Shown here in pieces: positions 57,197 to 64,000 of a DNA stretch of 64,000 bases (positions are counted from its first letter, which is position 1; every line of letters starts with the position of its first letter). The DNA comes from Coprothermobacterota bacterium (GTDB taxonomy: Bacteria; Coprothermobacterota; HKB111), in assembly GCA_037440465.1 (NCBI GenBank), contig JBBIUB010000001.1, positions 64,001 to 128,000 of the forward strand, in the 5' to 3' direction. Under the pieces are notes generated by a model that was not told the DNA's origin, did no database searches, and saw only the letters and a program-made list of their open reading frames with translations. A program made the position numbers and the translations under genes.

Positions 57197-59550
57197 TTAT
57201 GTCTTCCTCTTTTCTGTGCACTTGATGATGAAGAAGAATCTCGAACCTGAAAATGAAACAACATTCTTAGAGTTTCTTTTTTTATCGAAAAAAGCATTTC
57301 TGTGAATAAGCGATGAGCCTCATAACGAAACTCTATTAGAGGTTCTTTTTGAGCGTAAGCCCTTAAGCCAATACCTTCTTTTATATGATCAATATTCAAC
57401 AGATGTTCTTTGAAGTGCCAATCAAGAGTCCTTAAGAACACATATCTTTCTGCTGATCTCATAAGAGAATGTCCATATGTATGCTCTCTTTCATCGTATT
57501 TTTGAATGCAAAATGAAGTCAACTCATCTTCTTTTAGAGATCCTTCATTAAGGTCATAAGGAAGGGATCCAAAAATCGCCAGGAACTCTTTTTTTAAATA
57601 ATCAAAATCCAACATACCTTCTTCTAAAATTCGGATGTAATATTGTATTACATCTTTAATCATAGAATGAATTTGTTCCTTTAAATTGTCAGAATAAAGA
57701 ACCTGTTTGCGTTCTTTATATATAAAGTCTCTCTGGCGGTTCAAAACATCATCATAATTTAAAAGGGCTTTACGAATCTCAAAATTGTATTTCTCAACTC
57801 TTTTTTGAGCAGTCTCAATAGCTCTACTTAATAGTGGATGGTCCAGTGGCTCATCTTCTGGAAAGTTCAATCGAGTCATTAGGCTTTGTATCGTTTCACC
57901 TCCAAATATTCTCATCAACTCATCATTCAATCCTACAAAGAAACGCGACTCACCAGGATCGCCCTGTCTTCCAGAACGACCCCTAAGTTGATTATCTATT
58001 CTTCTACTTTCATGTCTTTCAGTTCCCAAAACATATAACCCACCAAGCGCTTGAACACCTTCCTCAAGAACAATATCAACTCCCCTACCAGCCATATTAG
58101 TTGCTATAGTCACAGCATATTTTTTGCCTGCTTTAGCAATTATAGCAGCTTCTTTTTCATGATATTTAGCATTAAGGACTTCATGAGGTACTCCTTCTCT
58201 CTTGAGCATAGAGCTCAGTACTTCAGACTTCTCTATAGATCTGGTACCTACCAATACAGGTCTGCCTATTTTGTAATTCCTTATTATATCTTTTATTATA
58301 GCTTTGAATTTAGCTTTCTCAGTTTTATAAACAATATCATTATTATCAACCCTGATCATAGGTTTATGAGTAGGAATTACCACTGTCTCAAGACCATATA
58401 TAGACCTAAATTCCTCTGCTTCAGTATAGGCTGTTCCAGTCATTCCTGAAAGCTTCTTATACATTCTAAAGAAGTTCTGAATGCTTATAGTAGCAAGAGT
58501 TTGTGTTTCTTCTCGGACAAGCACCCCTTCTTTAGCTTCGATGGCTTGATGAAGACCTTCGCTGTACCTTCTACCGGGAAGCAACCTACCTGTAAACTCA
58601 TCTACTATAATTACTTCTCCTTCTTTAGCAACATAGTCAACATCTTTTCTAAAGAGCTGATGAGCTCTAATGGCTTGAGTGATATATTTCAATACATTGG
58701 AATGTTCAGGATCATACAAATTATCTACTTTAAGCAGATTTTCTAATTTTTTAACACCATCATCAGTAAGAGTAGCTGTTTTAGTTTTGTGGTCTAACTC
58801 AAAGTCTTCTCCTTCTTTAAGCCGTGAAGCCCAACGATTAGCTCGATAATAAGAAGTTGTGGATTCTTCAGCTGGACCGGCTATAATAAGAGGAGTTCTT
58901 GCTTCATCTATAAGAATAGAATCTACCTCGTCTACTATAGCATAATTAAGCTCTTTCTGAAAAATTTCTTTTACATCTAAAGACATATTATCTCTTAAGT
59001 AATCGAACCCAAACTCCGAATTAGTACCATAAATAATATCAGCTTGATAAACTTTTTTCTTTTCCTCATGACTCTGTCCATGTTTAATTACTCCTACTTC
59101 AAGTCCAAGGAAATTATAAATAGGACCCATCCATTGAGCATCCCTTTGAGCAAGATACTCGTTGACAGTAACTATATGAACCCCTTTTCCAGTAATAGCA
59201 TTAAGACAAACAGGTAGAGTAGCTACAAGAGTTTTGCCTTCACCTGTTTTCATTTCAGCAATCATTCCCTTGTGAAGAACAATACCACCAAGAATCTGAA
59301 CATCAAATGGTCTTAGACTGATTGTTCTCCAGGCAACTTCCCTTGTCACAGCAAATATGTCAGGGATAAGTTTATCCAGAGCTTCACCATTCTGAAACTT
59401 ATTTTTTTGAAGGAAAAAACTGTTTCTTAGTTCGGTATCAGAATATTTCTTAAATTCATCATCCAATGAGTTTATTCTTACTAGTAAAGGTTTTATAGTA
59501 TTTAAAATTTTGTTAGAAGGGTCGAGATACCCTTTCAAAAAATTTAGCAA
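57193..59550 (-). CDS. secA: Preprotein translocase SecA (compact, no C-terminal Zn motif)
   Basis: MKTGEGKT, DEVDSILIDEARTPL, ATNMAGRG.D, DNQLRGRSGRQGDPG. Confidence 0.98.
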   Translation of the reverse strand: MLNFLKGYLDPSNKILNTIKPLLVRINSLDDEFKKYSDTELRNSFFLQKNKFQNGEALDKLIPDIFAVTREVAWRTISLRPFDVQILGGIVLHKGMIAEMKTGEGKTLVATLPVCLNAITGKGVHIVTVNEYLAQRDAQWMGPIYNFLGLEVGVIKHGQSHEEKKKVYQADIIYGTNSEFGFDYLRDNMSLDVKEIFQKELNYAIVDEVDSILIDEARTPLIIAGPAEESTTSYYRANRWASRLKEGEDFELDHKTKTATLTDDGVKKLENLLKVDNLYDPEHSNVLKYITQAIRAHQLFRKDVDYVAKEGEVIIVDEFTGRLLPGRRYSEGLHQAIEAKEGVLVREETQTLATISIQNFFRMYKKLSGMTGTAYTEAEEFRSIYGLETVVIPTHKPMIRVDNNDIVYKTEKAKFKAIIKDIIRNYKIGRPVLVGTRSIEKSEVLSSMLKREGVPHEVLNAKYHEKEAAIIAKAGKKYAVTIATNMAGRGVDIVLEEGVQALGGLYVLGTERHESRRIDNQLRGRSGRQGDPGESRFFVGLNDELMRIFGGETIQSLMTRLNFPEDEPLDHPLLSRAIETAQKRVEKYNFEIRKALLNYDDVLNRQRDFIYKERKQVLYSDNLKEQIHSMIKDVIQYYIRILEEGMLDFDYLKKEFLAIFGSLPYDLNEGSLKEDELTSFCIQKYDEREHTYGHSLMRSAERYVFLRTLDWHFKEHLLNIDHIKEGIGLRAYAQKEPLIEFRYEAHRLFTEMLFSIKKETLRMLFHFQVRDSSSSSSAQKRGRHN

Positions 59551-59580
59551 TGGGATATTTCCATTAAAAGTTCTTAATAA

Positions 59581-60111
59581 TTAAAACTCACCCAGAATAA
59601 GACCAAGGTCCCCCTCAGTCCTTTTGTATATAAGTCCGATATTGCCAGTGGAAGCATGAAGGAAAAGAAAAAAATCATGCCCAAGAAGCTCCATTTCTTC
59701 TATGGCTTCATCTTCATCCATCAGTCTTAAGAAAAACCTCTTTGTCTTAACAACTTTTGATTTCTTCTCTTTAACTGCACTTTCTTCTTTTATTGCTCTT
59801 ATGACCTCATTTGGTTGAGAACGAGATGATAGTCGTTCCTTATAACGCCTTATTTGCTTTTCAAGTTTTTCAATTGCAAAGTCTATAGCTAAATACATAT
59901 CAGAACCTAATTCTTCGCTTCTGACTACTTTACCTGAAGCTAAAAGCGTTATCTCTGCAGTACTTCTTCCTCTCTCTAACCCTAAAGTAATAGTAACACT
60001 CTGAATGTTTCCAAAATAACGGGTCATTTTGTTAAGTTTGTTTACAGCATATTCTTTCAAATCTTCGGTAATCTCAATATTTTTACCTTGTACATTTATA
60101 TTCATCGTCAT
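59581..60111 (-). CDS. hpf: Ribosome hibernation promoting factor (long HPF)
   Basis: GKNIEIT, DMY.AID...KLEKQIRRYK, EAIEEMELLGHDFF. Confidence 0.93.
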   Translation of the reverse strand: MTMNINVQGKNIEITEDLKEYAVNKLNKMTRYFGNIQSVTITLGLERGRSTAEITLLASGKVVRSEELGSDMYLAIDFAIEKLEKQIRRYKERLSSRSQPNEVIRAIKEESAVKEKKSKVVKTKRFFLRLMDEDEAIEEMELLGHDFFLFLHASTGNIGLIYKRTEGDLGLILGEF

Positions 60112-60181
60112 TTACCTCCATTAATAAGCAACTTAATTAATTCCTATTATCACACCATCTGATGTAATAGTTTACCAGATT

Positions 60182-60826
60182 TCATAGTTGTTTACACAAT
60201 GTGAATGTTTCAACAGTTATAGCGCCATTTAATTTGAGTACTTTTTGACAGGATTTGATGGTTTCGCCAGTTGTAAAAACATCATCAATTAATATTATTC
60301 TTTTTCCTTTTATATCCTTACAAGATGAAAAGACGCCTTTTACATTTTCTCTTCTTTGAGCAGATGAAAGACCTACCTGAGGTCTCGTCTCTTTAACCTT
60401 TACCAAGCATCTTTTTAAATTTGGCATTGGATACTCGCATATAAATCCCTTTACTAAAGCTTCAGACTGATTATAACCTCTATTTCTTAACTCCCTTCTA
60501 TGCAAAGGGACTGGAATAATTCCGTCAAAAAATGAGTTGGTCAGTGTATTGAAATATCTACCCATAATCATCCCAAGTATAACTCCTAAATCATAAAAAC
60601 CTTTATATTTCATTAGGTGAACTAATTCTCTTATTTTTCCCTCGTAGAAAAAAAGGCTAAATGATTGAAGCTTTTCATCCCTCATTGGCTTAGCCAGGGT
60701 TTCTATTTCCTTCAGACAAGAAGGACATAAAACAGTAAAACCATAGATTCCACAAAGAACACATCTTGATGGGATAAGGACTTCCCTAAGTTCCTTAAAT
60801 AAGGGAATAAACCAGCTTCCCTTCAA
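60182..60826 (-). CDS. comF: ComF family protein
   Basis: N-terminal CxxC..CxxC, PVPLH..RGYNQS, LIDDVFTTG. Confidence 0.9.
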   Translation of the reverse strand: MKGSWFIPLFKELREVLIPSRCVLCGIYGFTVLCPSCLKEIETLAKPMRDEKLQSFSLFFYEGKIRELVHLMKYKGFYDLGVILGMIMGRYFNTLTNSFFDGIIPVPLHRRELRNRGYNQSEALVKGFICEYPMPNLKRCLVKVKETRPQVGLSSAQRRENVKGVFSSCKDIKGKRIILIDDVFTTGETIKSCQKVLKLNGAITVETFTLCKQL

Positions 60827-62027
60827 AGACTGCTCCCTTTACATGAGAAACTCCAACCCTATATCCCAGATGCTTAAAATCAGGAAAATCCATGATAATC
60901 ATATCTGCGCTTTTACCTTCCTCTATACTTCCAGTTATTCTGTCTATTCCAAGCGAATAAGCAGCATTTAGTGTAGCTGCTATAATAGCTTCTTGTAAGG
61001 GCATACCAAGTAGGGTTACTGCAAGAGAGATAATAAATTCCATACTTTCCACCATAGATGTACCTGGATTAAAATCAGTCCCTAAAGCTACTTTCAAACC
61101 AAGCTCCTTGAAGCGTTTGTATTGTGGATACATGTCCAACCCCAGTGAATATACAGTACCAGGTAATAATATTGCAACTACTCCCTTATCTGCCATAGAT
61201 TTAAGTGATTCATCACTACTCCTGAGAAGATGATCGGCACTCATAGCCCCTGTTTCTGCAGCAAGAAGAGCTCCACTAATATCATTGAATTCATCGGCGT
61301 GAAGTCTTATTTTGAAACCAAGTTTTTTCGCTTCATTTAAGAAGGGTAAAACTTCTTCTGATGTAAAAACACCCTTTTCTACAAAAGCATCAACAAAAGT
61401 AGCCAATCCTCTTTTGGCTATTTCTGGTAGTACCTGGTAAGTCATGTAATCAACATAATCTCCTGGATTATTTTTAAACTCTGGGGGTAAAGCATGCAAA
61501 CCAAGAAATGTTGGAATTAAGCGAGCAATTTTTTCATGATTTAGAGCTTTAACCACATAGAGCATCTTGATTTCACTTTCAAGATCTAATCCATAACCAC
61601 TCTTAACCTCAAATGTAGTTGAACCGCTTTTTAATAGTGCCAAAAGATTTCTTTTTGATGAAGCAAATAAATCTTCGAAACTACTTTCTCTTACCTTTTT
61701 TACTGTTTGGAGAATTCCACCTCCAGATTTTAGAATCTCAAGGTAAGAAGCTCCTTGAAAACGTAAGTGAAATTCGTTCTCTCTAAAGCCAGAAAAAACC
61801 AGGTGAGTATGTGGATCAACAAATCCTGGTAAAACCGTTCCTCCTTCTGCATCCAGTTCCTTCCCATCATTTTTTAATAATAGATCACTACTATAAGGTC
61901 CAACATAAACAACCTTTCCTTCATTTACACCTATTAGACCATTTAGAATGATCTTAAGTATATCGCACCCTGTTTCTGGTGTAACTATTTGAGATATATT
62001 TTTTATAATAAGATCACACTCAATCAT
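60795..62027 (-). CDS. hutI: Imidazolonepropionase
   Basis: PGFVDPHTHLVF, Y..I..GGGI, EVKSGYGL, HADE, SADHL, TDFNPG. Confidence 0.95.
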   Translation of the reverse strand: MIECDLIIKNISQIVTPETGCDILKIILNGLIGVNEGKVVYVGPYSSDLLLKNDGKELDAEGGTVLPGFVDPHTHLVFSGFRENEFHLRFQGASYLEILKSGGGILQTVKKVRESSFEDLFASSKRNLLALLKSGSTTFEVKSGYGLDLESEIKMLYVVKALNHEKIARLIPTFLGLHALPPEFKNNPGDYVDYMTYQVLPEIAKRGLATFVDAFVEKGVFTSEEVLPFLNEAKKLGFKIRLHADEFNDISGALLAAETGAMSADHLLRSSDESLKSMADKGVVAILLPGTVYSLGLDMYPQYKRFKELGLKVALGTDFNPGTSMVESMEFIISLAVTLLGMPLQEAIIAATLNAAYSLGIDRITGSIEEGKSADMIIMDFPDFKHLGYRVGVSHVKGAVFEGKLVYSLI

Positions 62028-62925
62028 ATAATTTTTCCAGAAGTCTTTCCTCCAGAGTTATATTTGAAGTAGGTCCTTTAAGCTTAATAAAGTAAGCAAG
62101 TGATTGGATAAGAGCTCTTGCTGGTGGAAGACCAATAATCTCGCTTTCAAGCACTTCTACCCCATATCTCTGTGCTTCTAATTTGACGAGTTCATATACT
62201 CTATAAAGAGGAGTAGATTCAAAATCCAATAGATTCATAGTTACCTGAATAATTCCTTGCTCTTTAAGTTCCATCCCTTTCGCCTGGACACCGATCAAGC
62301 CACCAGATGATTCTCTGACCGCTTTTGCTACCTTCTCGGCTACCTTTAAGTCATCTGTCTTAAGGTTTATGTTGTATGCTAAGAGGAACTTACGAGCACC
62401 AACTGCTACTGCTCCTGCTGTAGGATGAAGACAGGGCTCTCCGAAATCTGGAAACCTTTCTTTCTTTTTTATCTCTTCCTTAAGTTCTTCAAATTCACCC
62501 TTCCTGACATCTGGTAATCTTATTCTTTGAGGAACAGTAGCAGAATAAGCATAAAGGTAAGCTGGAATATGGAGCTCGGAAGCAATCCTCTGACCTAATT
62601 CTCTTGATAAGCCAATGCAATCTTTCATTGTGACATTTCTAAAAGGAATGAAAGGTATTACATCCATAGAACCTATGCGAGGGTGAGTTCCTTTATGCTT
62701 GTTAAGATCGATTAGTTCTGAAGCCTTCTCTGTACCTCGGAAAAGCGCTTCTAAAATCGGAGCTGGCTTACCTACTAAAGTTACCACCGATCGATTATGG
62801 TCAGAATCGGAAGAGAGATCTAGAACATGGGCCCCCTGAACAGAAGATAAAGCACTAACAATCTTATCAATAACCTCTTGTTTCCGCCCTTCACTGAAGT
62901 TTGGGACACTTTCTACTAATTGCAT
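62020..62925 (-). CDS. ftcd: Glutamate formimidoyltransferase
   Basis: ESVPNFSEGR, DHNRSV, H.G.HPRIG..DVIPF, GAR..L.AYNINL. Confidence 0.93.
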   Translation of the reverse strand: MQLVESVPNFSEGRKQEVIDKIVSALSSVQGAHVLDLSSDSDHNRSVVTLVGKPAPILEALFRGTEKASELIDLNKHKGTHPRIGSMDVIPFIPFRNVTMKDCIGLSRELGQRIASELHIPAYLYAYSATVPQRIRLPDVRKGEFEELKEEIKKKERFPDFGEPCLHPTAGAVAVGARKFLLAYNINLKTDDLKVAEKVAKAVRESSGGLIGVQAKGMELKEQGIIQVTMNLLDFESTPLYRVYELVKLEAQRYGVEVLESEIIGLPPARALIQSLAYFIKLKGPTSNITLEERLLEKLYD

Positions 62926-63144
62926 AATAGTAACTCCTTTCTAAGTAAAATTATAACTTACAGTTAAGTAGAATTTTTATACCACATCTTTTCCTTAATT
63001 ATAACCTCCCATCCTTCTTTTTAATATGTTATAATTGTTTTTGTTAAATTGATAATCTCAATATTAACATCGAGGGACCCTTAAAGTTAAGTAACCAAAC
63101 GTAAGAAGAACATTTTAAATTAAATTTTATAAGGGAGATCCACA

Positions 63145-63858
63145 ATGATTGAAGTTCAAGAGTTAAAAAAGAACTTTAATAAAGTAGAAGCACTCAGGGG
63201 TATTTCCTTTAATGTTAAACCAGGGATAATCTTTGGTCTCTTAGGACCCAATGGAGCTGGCAAGACCACTAATATTAGAATCATTTCCACTATTATCAAA
63301 CCAACTGCAGGTAAAGTTCTTGTTGATGGGATAGATATTGATAAGAACCCGGATAGAGCAAGAGCAAAACTCGGTATACTTTATGAAAATGCTGGTCTAT
63401 ATAGAAGACTCACAGGAGAAGAGAATGTTCTTTACTTCGCTGGTTTATTTGGATTAGATATGACAACCGCTAAGAAAAGGATGAAAGACTTCTTTGAGGT
63501 ATTGGAAATAGATTATGCTAAACGTATTGCAGGGCAATACTCAAAAGGAATGTCCCAGAAGGTTGCCTTAGTTCGTGCTCTTATTGCTAATCCTCCCATC
63601 GTAATGCTGGATGAACCCACTGCTGGACTGGATGTAACATCATCAGTAAAGGTGAGAGAATCTCTTAACTATTTAAAAGAAAATGGTAAGACTGTCATAG
63701 TATCTACCCACCTGATGTCAGAAGTAGAAGCCCTTTGCGATGAAGTAGTTATCATTGACCGTGGTCTATTAGTTGAGCAAGGTAGCCCAAAGGATATTAA
63801 GAATCGCTATAACTCATCTAACTTAGAAGAAGCCTTTATAAAAGTGGTGAAAAAATGA
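63145..63858 (+). CDS. ABC exporter ATP-binding protein (NatA-like)
   Basis: GPNGAGKT, YSKGMSQK, LDEPT. Confidence 0.9.
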   Translation: MIEVQELKKNFNKVEALRGISFNVKPGIIFGLLGPNGAGKTTNIRIISTIIKPTAGKVLVDGIDIDKNPDRARAKLGILYENAGLYRRLTGEENVLYFAGLFGLDMTTAKKRMKDFFEVLEIDYAKRIAGQYSKGMSQKVALVRALIANPPIVMLDEPTAGLDVTSSVKVRESLNYLKENGKTVIVSTHLMSEVEALCDEVVIIDRGLLVEQGSPKDIKNRYNSSNLEEAFIKVVKK

Positions 63859-64000
63859 AGACACAACTTATCTTCCTGAAAGAATTAAAAGATGCTTTTA
63901 GAGATAAAAGAACTATTATTATGACCATAGTTATACCAACCCTCCTTATCCCCCTAATGCTTTTCGGGCAGTTTTTTATACAAAAAACAGAAATAGAACG
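63855..64000 (+). CDS. ABC exporter permease (NatB-like), truncated by the window end
   Basis: ATGA overlap; MKTQLIFLKELKDAFRDKRTIIMTIVIPTLLIP. Confidence 0.75.
   Translation, partial: MKTQLIFLKELKDAFRDKRTIIMTIVIPTLLIPLMLFGQFFIQKTEIE

Overview
AT-rich chromosomal window from what looks like an anaerobic bacterium (bacterial secA, prfB, ftsEX, HU, hpf and serS; standard genetic code). From left to right it holds: (1) a nucleoside uptake and catabolism cluster (deaminase, two nucleoside hydrolases, BMP-type ABC transporter, ribokinase, divergent ADP-ribosylglycohydrolase); (2) a HhH glycosylase, a split MgtE pair, purA/purB, a DEDD exonuclease-hypothetical-SDR unit and serS; (3) orphan acsE-acsD, an archaeal-type Hel308 helicase, and a decayed glycosylase ending at an attC-like site; (4) a ~19 kb minus-strand run with three aldehyde:ferredoxin oxidoreductase (AOR/WOR) paralogs. 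One AOR is coupled to NuoF-like and H-cluster-less HydA-like subunits. The other two head a gene string with a PreA-like flavoenzyme, a CysK-like PLP enzyme, YgeY, YgeW and an amidohydrolase. This string faces divergent moeB, cupin and a second nucleoside ABC transporter; (5) housekeeping genes (gcvH, bactofilin/M23, HU, ctpA, envC-ftsXE, prfB with its +1 frameshift, secA, hpf, comF, hutI, ftcd). The best novelty candidate is the AOR-headed ygeW/ygeY locus. It looks like a variant anaerobic purine/N-heterocycle degradation pathway in which AOR-family enzymes, a stand-alone PreA-like protein and a CysK-like enzyme may replace Xdh, YgfK and DpaL. No rRNA, tRNA, CRISPR array, integrase or transposase was seen. 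All calls are from motif recognition by eye; no database searches were run.
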